This document shows, one piece after another, positions 46,967 through 58,273 of a stretch of 64,000 nucleotides of DNA. The notes under the pieces are model-generated. The model saw nothing but the letters and a program-made list of their open reading frames with translations, did not search any database and had not been told where the DNA came from. Each line of letters begins with the position of its first letter. Positions within the stretch are counted from its first letter, which is position 1. Location of the stretch: NCBI GenBank assembly GCA_017654855.1, contig CM030335.1:682001-746000 (forward strand), in the 5' to 3' direction. The position numbers and the translations under genes are program-made. Origin of the DNA: Podospora anserina. Its lineage: Eukaryota.

Positions 46967-48460
46967 TTATGGCTTCCACCCCCCAGTCCGATTCCTAAAC
47001 AACCCCTCCGGATCAACCTCCTCCGCCACCTCCCTCGCCAACGCCCTATTCTCCGGCTTCAACCTCCCGAAATAATCCTGTCTGTAGAACCCATAGTTCA
47101 TAAACACCGGCAAGTCAACATTGTCAGGTAATTTCCCCTCCGCCTGCCAGCTCAAGACCCTTTCCCGGATCCCGGTATATGTCTCCTGCATTTTGCCATC
47201 CATAAGGGGGTAATCCAACGGGTTGAGAAAAGCATAATTCATCTCAATAATCAGCTTATCCGCATCAGGATCAGCATCGATCAAATCAGGGGACTTTTCC
47301 CTCGCTGCGGCAGCAATGCGTTTAGGGAACGGTTGGTAGGCTATGCTAGCCACAATCCCGGGAACGGCGAGCGTGGTGAGGGAGATGTTTCTCCAGTGGG
47401 CGTGGATTCCCTCCAACACTTCGACAGAGTGAGTCGTGGACGGCAAGGGGATTGTTTCTGTCCCGATTTGGACTTGGAATCCTTTCAGCACGACCCAGTT
47501 GGAGAAGGTCATTAGGTCGGCGTAGGTGCGGGTTCGGGCGGTGTTGGCTATGGGGCCGATGGAGGTGAAGTTGGTGAAGGTTCCTGCGGGTGGGGTAGGG
47601 CCGTCGTAGAAGAGGAAGAGGATCCAGGAGTCGACGAGATTGACTTGTGCGCGCTCGGCCGTGACGATGACGGCGGCGCGGTCGTCGGTGTTGTATTCGG
47701 TGAAGTCGCGGACGGCTTGGAGGATCTTCTTGTCTGTGGCTGGGGTGCGGAGGAAGAGGAGGTTACCGCCCCAGACGTTGCCTTGTGGGTAGGCTTGGGT
47801 TTTGTAGTTGGTGACGATGCCGAAGTTGTTGCCGCCGCCTTTGAGGGCTTTGAATAGGGAGGGGTGGTTGGTTGCAGAGGGGTAGGTGATGGTGCCGTTG
47901 GGGAGGACGAGTTCGTATTCGAGGACGGAGGAAGCAGACCAGCCGTGTTGGGCGGACATGTATGAAAGACCTCCGCCGAGCATGAGACCGCCTGTGCCCG
48001 TGTTGCCGATGCGGCCGCCTACAAAGGTCCAGCCAGTGCCTTGGAGCTTCTGGGCCAGGCCGTCGAGACGGTTGCCAGGACCAAAGTCGAGGATGCCGGT
48101 TGCAGGATCTAGGTTGGCATGGTCGAGGTTCTGGGTCGAGATCAAGGGACCGCCGTCAACAGAAGCGTAGTAGTTGTTTGGGGAGTGGCCACCGGATTTC
48201 ACGGCAAAGTGCTCGTCGTTGGTGTTGAGAACCGAGATGATGGTGGATACTTCGGCTGCAGACTTGGGGAAGATGATGCAGGACGGCTTGAGGGCGCTGC
48301 AGGATGCGGACCAGTACTCGGTTTGCTCGGCAATATATGTCGGCGAGATGGGTGCCGAGACTTCGATGTTGGTGTTTGCTCGAAGCTCGGAACAAGTATC
48401 TCCCTTCACCACCGAGATCAAAGAGGCAACGGCCACGAGGGAAGCCACAATGGACTGCAT
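46967..48460 (-). CDS. Secreted FAD-dependent oxidoreductase (BBE/6-hydroxy-D-nicotine oxidase-like)
   Basis: Signal peptide MQSIVASLVAVASLISVVKG, PSCIIFP, FAVKSGGHSPN, GGRIGNTGTGGLMLGGG, LFKALKGGGNNFGIVT, DPEGLF. Confidence 0.93.
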   Translation of the reverse strand: MQSIVASLVAVASLISVVKGDTCSELRANTNIEVSAPISPTYIAEQTEYWSASCSALKPSCIIFPKSAAEVSTIISVLNTNDEHFAVKSGGHSPNNYYASVDGGPLISTQNLDHANLDPATGILDFGPGNRLDGLAQKLQGTGWTFVGGRIGNTGTGGLMLGGGLSYMSAQHGWSASSVLEYELVLPNGTITYPSATNHPSLFKALKGGGNNFGIVTNYKTQAYPQGNVWGGNLLFLRTPATDKKILQAVRDFTEYNTDDRAAVIVTAERAQVNLVDSWILFLFYDGPTPPAGTFTNFTSIGPIANTARTRTYADLMTFSNWVVLKGFQVQIGTETIPLPSTTHSVEVLEGIHAHWRNISLTTLAVPGIVASIAYQPFPKRIAAAAREKSPDLIDADPDADKLIIEMNYAFLNPLDYPLMDGKMQETYTGIRERVLSWQAEGKLPDNVDLPVFMNYGFYRQDYFGRLKPENRALAREVAEEVDPEGLFRNRTGGWKP

Positions 48461-49812
48461 CTTGAGTTCTGCCTTGAAGAAGACTCGATGGGCCAACTGG
48501 TACTAAGATCCTAGATGCTTTTGGCTTCACTGACCCTTTTATCCTTGCTGTGTTCTACTTGACCCTCTTGTTATCGTCTAGACAAAGTCAACAATGACGT
48601 GACGTCCAGTGCTATCCCCAAACGGATTTTTCTCCGTCCTGAATTCCGGCAAGATCACCGTCATCTTGCATTCGAGCCCCCAAAACGGGCAGATGCCCCG
48701 TGGCGGGAGTTTGGATAAGGAGAATGGAACACGCAGTCAATAGTGAGACAATAACGGCGTGGAATGGTGAGAAAAGTCGGTAGCGAGCATGAAAACTGCT
48801 GGCTTACATGCAGGGCGATACTAGAACCTGGGTTTAGGGTAAAAGCCTTGGTTAGTCTGCCATGAACTCACCGCATTGTCAGCCTTTTCTCCGAACTTAC
48901 CTCAACCATACGACGGCAGTTGGCTGCTGTGTCCTACCGCTACCCAAAGTCCCGTGCAGGCTACGAACTGACCTGAGCTGGCGGCTTCAACCAATAATGG
49001 CTTTCTTTTGAGGTTGACGATACGACGCAATGGTCAGGTCCCATAATATGATCGCCATATTAGGCCCTGATCAGCGGGTATAACCGTTCTTCGATTCATT
49101 TGACAACAACTGACAGCTGTGACATGTGGGGCTGAGAGGAGCAGAACAGTTGCATTTCTGCATACTTCGGCCACAGAATCCTGTTTCTCCAGGGCTTGGT
49201 TCTTTTTGGTGTATCTGGTGTTACCCAAAGTTACCTTGAGCCAGCTCGTCTGAGTTGCCGGGAGGATGTGATTGGCTTGGCCCCAACTTGACGTTGGCAG
49301 AAATCTTCAGCTCTAGCTGCAAAAACCGACTAGCTTACGTTCCTTGCGATGATCAGTTCTGAATCCGTGGATGTTCAAAAAGAAGGTCTGTCCCGCCCCA
49401 TGCTCGAGCAACGCCAGATCCTGCAGTCTTCCTATCTAGTGGCAATCTTTTTCCTGGAAAGGAAAGGTAGGCGTTTCTACAGCGAGCGAAGTTACCTCGT
49501 CACCATCAGACCACTTCTTCAGCACAGCACGATGTTACTTGGTTCTGCAACAGGATGTTATTTGCTTGGCGCAGGCTTCAAGTTCACTTTCACGATAAGC
49601 AGAGCAAAAGGTCTTCATTCAGGTAAAACAGAGGGACACAATAACCAACAGGAATCAAGAGTGGTAGGAAATCTTTGACGCCTGGTCCAAAAGTTTTGCG
49701 CTAAGATACCGAGTCAAAAGGGGGGGGCGTCTCAGCTGCAATTTCCACTGTCCTTCTTAGGTCCCAGCTTCTCCACCAACAGCAAGCTACGACAGATGTC
49801 AACATCTGTAAA

Positions 49813-49893
49813 TCTTCCGTAGTATAGTGGTCAGTATGTGAGCTTGTCATTCCAACAACGCTCGAGACCCGGGTTCAATTCCCGGCGGGAGAG
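49813..49893 (+). tRNA. tRNA-Asp(GTC) with 9-nt intron
   Basis: Exons identical to the tRNA-Asp at 18974-19059; intron ttccaacaa. Confidence 0.95.
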
Positions 49894-49974
49894 TCAAACC
49901 ACAATATCATTTTTGCCATTTTTGCCCTTCTCTCACTCAGTCCATTCACCCTCTTTTTGCCAACATTAGAATAG

Positions 49975-50958
49975 TTACAAATATGGCCCGAGAATTTCCA
50001 TCGTGTGCCCCCACAACTTCTCCTGCCCCTTGTCACGAAGCTGATCCACCACCTTCGTATTAGGCGTACAGTCGCACTTGTTGCTAACAAGAAACAACCC
50101 TCCCGCCGTAGCTCTACCCGCCTCACCACTCCACGGCACACCACGCCCCCCAAAAGCAGCGCTCGTGCTCTGAAACAAATGTCTCTGTCCAGATTCCTCG
50201 TCAGAAAAGGCCACCAGCCAGTTCACCCCCTCGATAAACCGGATAAAAGCCCATCCTAGAATTGACTTTCCATCCCAACCCCGTCTTACATTCCCTGTAT
50301 CCACCGCCCCAGGCAATGAATGTATAAAGGTCACGTTGGGGTTCTCCTTGGCTAACCTATCCAGCATAATGGTGTTCATCCCAATATACTGCGGCCTCGC
50401 CCTCCAAATAGTGAAATTCCCCTCCTTTTTCAACTCCCAGTCTTCCATATCGAGAAAGTAGGTTGTCTCCATCCCCCCACCCAAAACACTAACCACCCTT
50501 CCACTGTCCAAGAAAGGGAGAAGGCGGAGAATGAAGAGCATGCGGGAGTAATACTCCAACGCCTGCGCCACCTCATGCCCTTCGGCGGTTTCTTTCCGCT
50601 GTCCCCCCCAGGGTGCGAAGCCGGCGGAGAGGAACAACAAGCCGATTTTGGATTCAAGGGATGAAATGAGGCTGCACACTCTTTTTACGTCGGCAAGGAG
50701 GGAGACTTCCGCTTCGATGAAGATGATTTCTGCTTTGGGGTTGAGGGTGTGCAGTTCTTTGATGAAGGGGAGGGTGCGCGATTGGGAGGGTTTTCGGCCG
50801 AGGAGGTAGATTTTGATGGGGGTGCCTGTTGCGACGAGGGCGCGGATGGTGAGCTTGCCTATGCCGGAGGTGCCCCCGACGAAAACGGCGACGCGGAGGG
50901 GGGTGGTGGAGGTGGTGATGAGGGCGTTGGAGGAGAGGATTTCGGTGAAGGAGACCAT
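49975..50958 (-). CDS. Short-chain dehydrogenase/reductase-like oxidoreductase
   Basis: VAVFVGGTSGIG, LLFLSAG, YYSRM..LLP, RVVSVLGGG, FIHSLPGAVDT. Confidence 0.88.
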   Translation of the reverse strand: MVSFTEILSSNALITTSTTPLRVAVFVGGTSGIGKLTIRALVATGTPIKIYLLGRKPSQSRTLPFIKELHTLNPKAEIIFIEAEVSLLADVKRVCSLISSLESKIGLLFLSAGFAPWGGQRKETAEGHEVAQALEYYSRMLFILRLLPFLDSGRVVSVLGGGMETTYFLDMEDWELKKEGNFTIWRARPQYIGMNTIMLDRLAKENPNVTFIHSLPGAVDTGNVRRGWDGKSILGWAFIRFIEGVNWLVAFSDEESGQRHLFQSTSAAFGGRGVPWSGEAGRATAGGLFLVSNKCDCTPNTKVVDQLRDKGQEKLWGHTMEILGPYL

Positions 50959-51726
50959 CTTGAAGAAGGCGTAACAGGTGCTCTGCGAGATGAAACTCTG
51001 ACTGTAAGGTACCTTAGTTGACATATACGTTCAGTTTAACTTTCTGAGCTGAAGGATGAGGCCATAGTGGTGGAAACAAACCAGGGCTCTTTCAGCACTT
51101 GTAATGTTGAGGATCTTCGGGCTCCGGGGTTCTAGCCAACCCGTTACACCAAATGCGGACGAATCATATGGCTGACAAGTTTTCGCGCGGGATGCGGCGC
51201 AATGAATAACCATGGTACAATTCGGTGCCTTTTTTCGACGGCATGTCAAAACCGAGGTGCTTTGTTTCTAGCCTGGCGTCGTACAATTCCATTGTGAGTT
51301 GCTGCGCAGGATCAAGGTCAAATGCCTTCGAAGCAGTGGACATGAGTACATCTTATCCGCCGGAAGGATCTTCAAGCGTCGAGGTAAGATGCCCTACGAG
51401 GTCTGTTGATGTGTCCAACGGTGTCATAGCATACATCACAGAAAAGGCACCATACGTAAATTTTTACTGATTTTATTGTGCAAGTAAAGAGACATCGCTA
51501 CTGGCTTCAAGAAAGACTGACCCAAGTCCCTATCCACCGCAATCATCTAAGCCACCCAGAGGAACCCTAACTCACCACGGGCCCTATCCTTCTCTCCAAA
51601 TTCCAAAAAACGCCAAAACAAGATATGCACGCTGAAACAAAAAGAGGTAAGAAAACACAAAAGGAGAAGACTTCACGGGTATCATGACACACACACACAC
51701 ATGCGCTCACACACCACTTCAACCCC

Positions 51727-52638
51727 CTACCGCTTCTTGGCATGTCGCTTCGAGTGTCGGGCGACATTATCTGCCCTCCCCTCGTAGTCGCACTCGGTGC
51801 ACCTTATCCGCTCTGACCTGGTGTTGTGTTGCTGAGCGTACTCGGGGTGTTTCGCCCACAAGTGCCGACCAAGCGCGCGCTTGTCAAGGTGTCCCTTGCC
51901 ACAGAGCTCGCATCGGAATGGCTGGCGGTGTTTACGTTCGTGTCTCTTGAGATCAGACACTTTGCCAAAGGTCTTGGAGCAGTTGGACTCGGAGCACGAG
52001 TGGATGTGAGGAGTAGAGGGGGAGGTGATATCGGAAGAAGCCCCAGTGGTAGCCAGAAAGGGTGAGTCGAAAATGGGAGGGCTGTAGCTGAATGTCGGAG
52101 AGCTCTCGTGAACAGACGACGTGGGGCTGAGGGCGACGCCGAAGTGAGAAAAAGGCGTTGTAACATCAGGCACGAAGGTGTTCAGGTTCAAGTTCATATC
52201 GACAGCAGGGAAGAGCGTAGCGTCCATAAAAGGGGTGAGGAGATCGTCCGTAAGGAAGTCCTGAAGGGGCAGAACAACTTCGGGAAAGAGATCCGACCGG
52301 CCCACATGGCCAAAGTCTTCGAGAAGGGCGTCAGCAGGGCTGCCTGTGAAAGGGGTACCAAACTCGTTAATCATGGAGGACGAGGGCGAAGTAAACAATG
52401 TGTTATCCACTTGACCTGTCATCATCAACGAGTCCCACGGGTCGGCGGAGAGTGTGCTGGGTGAAACGGAGGAGTCGCCGAAGGCGGGTGTGAAGAGTGG
52501 TGTGGTGGTGAATTGATAGTCGAGCTGACCAGCCTGAGGAGAAGGCATGGCCGTCTTCGGAACCCACACCCACTCCCCCTGTTCCTCAGATGAGACGCAG
52601 GGGGAGTGGGGTTGGGGGGAATAAGCGTTGGTAGACAT
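51727..52638 (-). CDS. C2H2 zinc-finger transcription factor (three C-terminal fingers)
   Basis: CSESNCSKTF....DLKRHERKH, CELCGKG....ALGRHLWAKH, CTECDY....NVARHSKRH; acidic S/P/T-rich N-terminal region. Confidence 0.88.
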   Translation of the reverse strand: MSTNAYSPQPHSPCVSSEEQGEWVWVPKTAMPSPQAGQLDYQFTTTPLFTPAFGDSSVSPSTLSADPWDSLMMTGQVDNTLFTSPSSSMINEFGTPFTGSPADALLEDFGHVGRSDLFPEVVLPLQDFLTDDLLTPFMDATLFPAVDMNLNLNTFVPDVTTPFSHFGVALSPTSSVHESSPTFSYSPPIFDSPFLATTGASSDITSPSTPHIHSCSESNCSKTFGKVSDLKRHERKHRQPFRCELCGKGHLDKRALGRHLWAKHPEYAQQHNTRSERIRCTECDYEGRADNVARHSKRHAKKR

Positions 52639-54387
52639 CGTGAAGACCCAACTCACGGTTGATGTGCCGTGAGCTGGAGATGCTATTTGGTAGGGTTGAA
52701 ATTGTTTGGTTTCGGTTGGTTGCAGTTGCGATTGATGAGCGTTGTTGATTGGTGGCGGCGAGCAAAATCTTTTGTCAAGACAGCAGGTTTAGGTTGGCGA
52801 TAGCGGGCAGGAACCAGTTTAACGACGTAGTTCTAGGTCGCGAAGCCTTCTCGGCCTCTAGTTGCCGCATCCTTAGATGTTAGTGAATGCTATCGTCTGC
52901 CCGAACAGGACTGATCCTGTTGAGGTCGCCGTGTCCAACTCGTTGCCTCCATCCAAACGCTGATGTGGAGAACGGCCAAATGGATCTTCAACCAGTGGTC
53001 GAAGGGAAGAATTGTCTCCTCCGAGACCCCAAAAATGATATTCTTGACGAGTCTGCCGAATCGGAACCTCATGCCGTGGTTTCATCTTGACATAGCAGAA
53101 GTCGTGGGTGGTGCGTTGAACCGGAGTCCGGGATGCCCAGGATTGAGTGCTCTCTGTGCTTGAGAGAGGTAGGTGTGGTGTTGGGTCGTGACGACCCACC
53201 ATTATGGGAGCGCATATCTGGGCGGGGGTTGACCACGGGGTCGGGTGTGTTCGCGGCAATCCAGAAAACCAAAGAGGTTGGCGTTTGAACTCGAGATCTC
53301 GACCTTTGGAAAGTGGACCGTCCAGGTAAGCGCTTCTTTGAAGCACTGGCTTGAACCCTGAACACGCGGTATCTTTGTTCCCGAGGGAGCTGAGACAACT
53401 CTCAGACCGACGTTCAAGGTTCCGTCCAGCTCCTACCGAGAGACCTCGATGTCGATTGCGGGGGAAGGAAGCCATGGTGAGGGTGGTGGGCTGTGGATCG
53501 TCGGGCGCAGGGTTCCAAGGTCGAAAATCCATGGCGACGTTGCTCAATGAACACAGGGTGATGCTAAATCTGGAGTGTTAGAAACAAACTTCACGGGTTG
53601 CACATGCAGGCAGCTAGGTAGTAGTGTCCGAGATCTGAGCTCACAATTTGGATTCTTCGACGGCTAGGTAAGCAGTATCTAGGCAGTCATGACGCTGACA
53701 AGGGTGTTGAAACAAAGGCGCGTAGACGCGCGCAATAGGGCGTTGGAAGTGACCTTTCAGGATTTTTGGTGATAATTTTTGGTTGACGGGTATGGTATCG
53801 AAGCGAAAGTAAGAAAATGGGTAAGGAGAAAAAGAGAGGACGAAAGGAGGCGGCAGTCAGGGTCATGATGGGTTTAAGAGCGTCCTCAGGCGCAGCGCGC
53901 AAAAAGACAGCCCGCGCAGCTGATCCCTGCCAATCCGGCCGTCTGGTGCGGCGACTGCGCCTCAGGCATCCGGCGCCCTCACAGGGCTGATTTCGGTTAA
54001 CCTATAAGTGGCCAATCAGAGCCACTGGATGAGACGGTGCCCCACTGAGGACGGATTTCCCACTGTCCCCAGAAGATGTCCTCAATTGTGGCTCAACGCC
54101 GATGGATGAGACCTCCTTTCCGATGGGACAAGGTGGTACATCAGGTCACAGATAATTCCCAATTGCATCTATGTTCTTCAAGAGTCAATTAAGTAGCACA
54201 AGCCTCATCTTCTAGTTTCCCTATGCGCAACACAGTAGTTAAATACCCCCCGCCTTTTAGATACAATGTGTGGCTAGTGTTGACCAAATCCCACCGGTCT
54301 GACTGATACCCCGCATCAGAATCCGTCCTCAGTTTCTCACTTCCACTGCAAACGTCATGGCATCACCAAAGTCGCACGGCGGAAGAC

Positions 54388-55299
54388 TCATGCCTTACCT
54401 CGGAAGCCTACTACAAACAACCTGGGAAAGTGAAGCACCACCCTTCCGTCCGCCAATGTCGGATACTCTCTCTTCAGTCCTCTCACGTACTGCTCCAAAA
54501 ACGCCTTCTTTGCTGCCTCATCCTGCTCCAACAAATCCAGGTATGGCTTCAGCCCCGTGGTCTCAAACCACTTGACAATCGCCTCATGTCCCTCAAGGAT
54601 ATGGTGATATGTCGTGTGCCAGATCTCGACGCTTTCGCAATGAGGCTTCAGTGAGCTGTACCATGTCCCGACCGACTCGATCGGGTCAAGCTCCGGCTTT
54701 TGGTCTTGACCCATAAAGTACTTTGCCCACGGTCCCAGAGAGTGGTATGCCGTGTCTCTCATCAAACGATGAGATGGCTCAGCAAAGTTATCCGGCACCT
54801 GGAACGCCAACAAACCCCCTGGCTTTAGTCGCTTGAGGTGTTGCACAATCGTTGCGATTCTTTCACTGCTACGCAGCCAGTGGAACACTGCATTGCTAAA
54901 GATGAGGTCGGTGTCTGGGGGCGCGATGAAGTCCTTCACATCGCCGGCTTGGTAGTCGATGCCTTCGCCGCCATTCTTCTCGCTGGCAGCGGTGACCATG
55001 GCGGGGGAGAGCTCAACGCCGGTGATTTGTGCGCCAGGCCATTGCTTCTTGAGGGCAATGGTCGAGTTTCCCGGCCCGGAGCCCAAGTCGATGATCCTCT
55101 GCGGTTGTGATAGGCCGGAGCGGGAGAGGAATGAGATCAAGTCGTTGATGGGCCTGCCGCGGGGAGCTTCGAAGCGGAGATATTTCTCCGGGGACCAGTC
55201 GGGTTTGGTACTTGTGGTTGATGTTGCCATGGTTCGTGGAGGACAAGGCGCAAGTCGAGCGGTTTTTGCAAACGCCGTGATCCGGGCTATGGCTGCCAT
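54388..55299 (-). CDS. Trans-aconitate 2-methyltransferase (Tam-like SAM methyltransferase)
   Basis: WSPEKYLRFE..RGRP..DL, IIDLGSGPGNST, DLIFSNAVFHW, LKPGGLLAFQVPDNFAEPSH, WFETTGLKPYL, YP..ADGRVVLHFPRLFVV. Confidence 0.92.
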   Translation of the reverse strand: MAAIARITAFAKTARLAPCPPRTMATSTTSTKPDWSPEKYLRFEAPRGRPINDLISFLSRSGLSQPQRIIDLGSGPGNSTIALKKQWPGAQITGVELSPAMVTAASEKNGGEGIDYQAGDVKDFIAPPDTDLIFSNAVFHWLRSSERIATIVQHLKRLKPGGLLAFQVPDNFAEPSHRLMRDTAYHSLGPWAKYFMGQDQKPELDPIESVGTWYSSLKPHCESVEIWHTTYHHILEGHEAIVKWFETTGLKPYLDLLEQDEAAKKAFLEQYVRGLKREYPTLADGRVVLHFPRLFVVGFRGKA

Positions 55300-56268
55300 T
55301 TTGTTGCGAGTTGGGGGCTAATTCCAAGATGATATGTTGCTGTGAACAAGGTATGCGACGTTGGAGGGGTTCCATGTCGATCAACCGGTCGAATAAGTCC
55401 GATTGGATGATTTGTCTCAGGGTTGGAGGTGTCTTTCGGAATGACCTGGACCGTGCGTTTCACTGCTAACCCTGGGTTTGTGTCAAATTGGTCAAACAGA
55501 CCCACTATTAGGTCAATTATCACCTTGGCAGTGGGACCTAAGCTACGAGGTTCGGCTTTATCGGGCTACCTAGGGACTTTCCCTCGTATAATACCAGAAT
55601 TAATACCTTTTTGGATCCTATACTGTATTCAACAGTTTGTAAGCCCCCAGCTCAAGACAAAGACAGCATTAACAGAGCTGAAGCTCAATACCTATATATG
55701 CCCAGGATCAATGCAAGAGGCTGGAAATCTTCAGTATGACCGAACATGTTGCAGCAATTGTGTAGGTACTCACCAGGTATTAAGGGCCCACGACTGGGTA
55801 CAGGCGTGGGTCACAGGTAAAAGATTGAATTGTTGGATAAAGAAGAAAAAGAAAGGAAAATGAAAAACACTGCCCACGACGCCTTCTTACACCTCTCAAA
55901 CCTCCGGACCTCCCCTACAAAGCATGCGGAATGTCCACTAGAACCGTCCGAACTTCCTCGTATCTCCTCGTGTCTCTCTTAGCCTCCCGCCTCCCACGTC
56001 AAGCGCAAGCCTCCTATGTCAATCGCCCAAATAACCCTAAACCGGATATCATCCCATAACATCAGGCTCAGACCAACGATAACCACGAGGCTAACCCAAC
56101 GCCTTTGCGTGTTTCATTTCATTGCCTGAATGGACCAGTATGCTCAGAAATTGATGATGTTATCATCGAGTAGGTAGGTAGCAGGTACGTAGCATGTAGG
56201 TAGTAGGGCAGCGCATGCTTGTCCGTACAATTGTGCTGCTTACTGGTACTTTCAGTGAACGACATGGC

Positions 56269-57720
56269 TCACAACAGCCTCCTCGCCCTTTCTTCAACTG
56301 CTTGAACGAGCTCCTTGAATGCCCTCATGTCTCCCTCCTGCGTCTCCATTGCCCGGTTAACTCCGGAACACTCCGCCTCGTCCTCACCCCCCAACTCGAT
56401 ATCCATGTGGCCATCGCTGTCTGATTCTTGCCAGGGTGAGATCGTACCAGATGAGAAACGGACATATCTCTTAGCCGAGAGGCAGCAGTCCATATCATCT
56501 ACCGAGCGTAAACCTCGGCCGGCGACATCATTCAACTTTGCATGCTCCATACGAAATTGAATAAGATTGGGGAGTCTTGTCCGTATGGTATCAAAAATCA
56601 CTTCCCAAGCACCGTCAAACTTGTGAAGGGTCCAACCGCTTCCCCGATCCGCGACAAACTTCCAGTCATGGGTGGTAAGGTCGTCCCACTTCTCGATGTC
56701 GTCGCTGGCGTATTCTAAGTACGAGACAATCATACATCGGTTCAGGCAGAGTGTTTCGAGCGTGGTTTGGGCTGGAACCCAGTCGAACTGGTCGTGGTGG
56801 CCAATGACATACTCCCCCAGTATCAGCGTTTTGAGATTGGGGAAATGCAGACCCTTTCCATCAAAATACCCGGGGGCAACCCCCCAGCACTCGCCGAAAG
56901 TTATGTTGAGCGATGTGAGCCGGCTGGCGAAACAGGGGAGGAACTCGTCCTGAAGCCAGGGCTCAAATGTGAAACGCTCGTCATAGTACAGGTCGTAGTC
57001 GGGGCCGTCGTCGTGATCCTCCTGAGCGACGAAAAGACGCAGCTCTGTGATGTCCTCGATGACCGAGCGGAAGAGGCCGGTTTCCAAAAACTCGGTGAAC
57101 GGCATATTTTGCAGGTTCTCGATGGTGAGAGATGTGATGGGGGTGATGACTTGGTTGGCACGGGATTTCCGCTGTTGGATCGCTTTGAACACGTTCTCAA
57201 TTGTGTGCATCCGGGTAGAAAAGGTTTCCACGATTTCTTCACGGTAGCCGCTTTTCTCGACGCCTTCACACCCTTCTGTGAAGCGAATGTTGACAGCCCG
57301 GAGGTTGGGCAAGCTTCCGAGGCCTTGGATCGCTGTCACGAACTCGGGCCAGTCTCCCGAGTCCCACGAACACCATGTTTCATAATCGCGCTCTAGTTGG
57401 CGGTAATAGCTGCACGGTGGCGGGCGGACACTGTAAACCTCGGCTTCACGGGCAGCTTGCTGTACGGCCGGACTGTTGACAATTTGCTTCCACGTGTCGA
57501 ACGCCTTGTCGTTTCCGTTGTGCATGAGAGCGATGGTTCGGAAGAGGTGCTTTGTTGCGAGAGCGTTCCATTGGCGACAGACTAGACGGGCGTTTCGAAG
57601 GCTTTCTGGCCTCACCGCTGCTCCAAGATGACGGTATCGATTCATTTTGTCAGGCTTTTCTTTTTCAAGGCAGTCAAAAATGAGGTCCAGGACCTCTGTT
57701 GGAATGGAATCGATCCCCAT
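56269..57720 (-). CDS. F-box protein with LRR-like C-terminal region
   Basis: IDSIPTEVLDLIFDCL..LRNARLVCRQWNALA..LFRTI; LPNLRAVNI, FPNLKTLIL, LETLCL, LPNL repeats. Confidence 0.85.
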   Translation of the reverse strand: MGIDSIPTEVLDLIFDCLEKEKPDKMNRYRHLGAAVRPESLRNARLVCRQWNALATKHLFRTIALMHNGNDKAFDTWKQIVNSPAVQQAAREAEVYSVRPPPCSYYRQLERDYETWCSWDSGDWPEFVTAIQGLGSLPNLRAVNIRFTEGCEGVEKSGYREEIVETFSTRMHTIENVFKAIQQRKSRANQVITPITSLTIENLQNMPFTEFLETGLFRSVIEDITELRLFVAQEDHDDGPDYDLYYDERFTFEPWLQDEFLPCFASRLTSLNITFGECWGVAPGYFDGKGLHFPNLKTLILGEYVIGHHDQFDWVPAQTTLETLCLNRCMIVSYLEYASDDIEKWDDLTTHDWKFVADRGSGWTLHKFDGAWEVIFDTIRTRLPNLIQFRMEHAKLNDVAGRGLRSVDDMDCCLSAKRYVRFSSGTISPWQESDSDGHMDIELGGEDEAECSGVNRAMETQEGDMRAFKELVQAVEERARRLL

Positions 57721-58273
57721 GTTGAACAGTATGGAGGTGGTGCTGAGATGAGCTGGAGAATCAGAGGAAAAGTCGGTTCTTTATCAATCGTGAAGATCAA
57801 TTGATGTGCAGGCAGCCGCCGCATATGTGGGGTTCAAGGAGTAATGCTCACTAAACCATTCTCGTAGCTTTCAGGCGGCAGCTCCGTTGGTCCAGTCAGA
57901 GCTCTCTCTGCCTAAGGTACGGTCCTAATTATTCCCGGCCTAGCCCCTATTACCAACCTCAGGGGGTAGTTATGTTGCAGCCATCATACAAGACACATTG
58001 GGCAGCAGAGCCTAGTCGAAATACAGCGTATAATTGACCGTCTCTGAAGGCTAGGTGGCCACGATATTCATGCCGATCCCCATCCCGTGAGCTTTAGAAA
58101 AACAGACGACGACGGTGGAAACCACCTTACACGCCATGCATGACAGTCCACACATTGGAGTAAATCTGGTGACTGGCCAGAGAGATAATGAAGACTTATT
58201 ACCATACATAGTCTTCGGCTGGGTAAAACCCTACTTTTTACGACATCTGATTAGATACCCCGAAACAAACCTC

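Noticed and set aside
46624-46998. Hydrophobic 124-aa ORF overlapping the end of the FAD oxidoreductase gene
   Set aside because: No ATG start or clear upstream exon; may be a fragment, with insufficient support.
52873-53547. 224-aa ORF upstream of the C2H2 gene
   Set aside because: Non-ATG start in the track, low-information composition and no domain; may be UTR or promoter DNA.
56168-56210. (GTAG)n/(TACC)n-like tracts, also near 28540-28620 and 29133-29150
   Set aside because: Short low-complexity intergenic motifs without defined structure.
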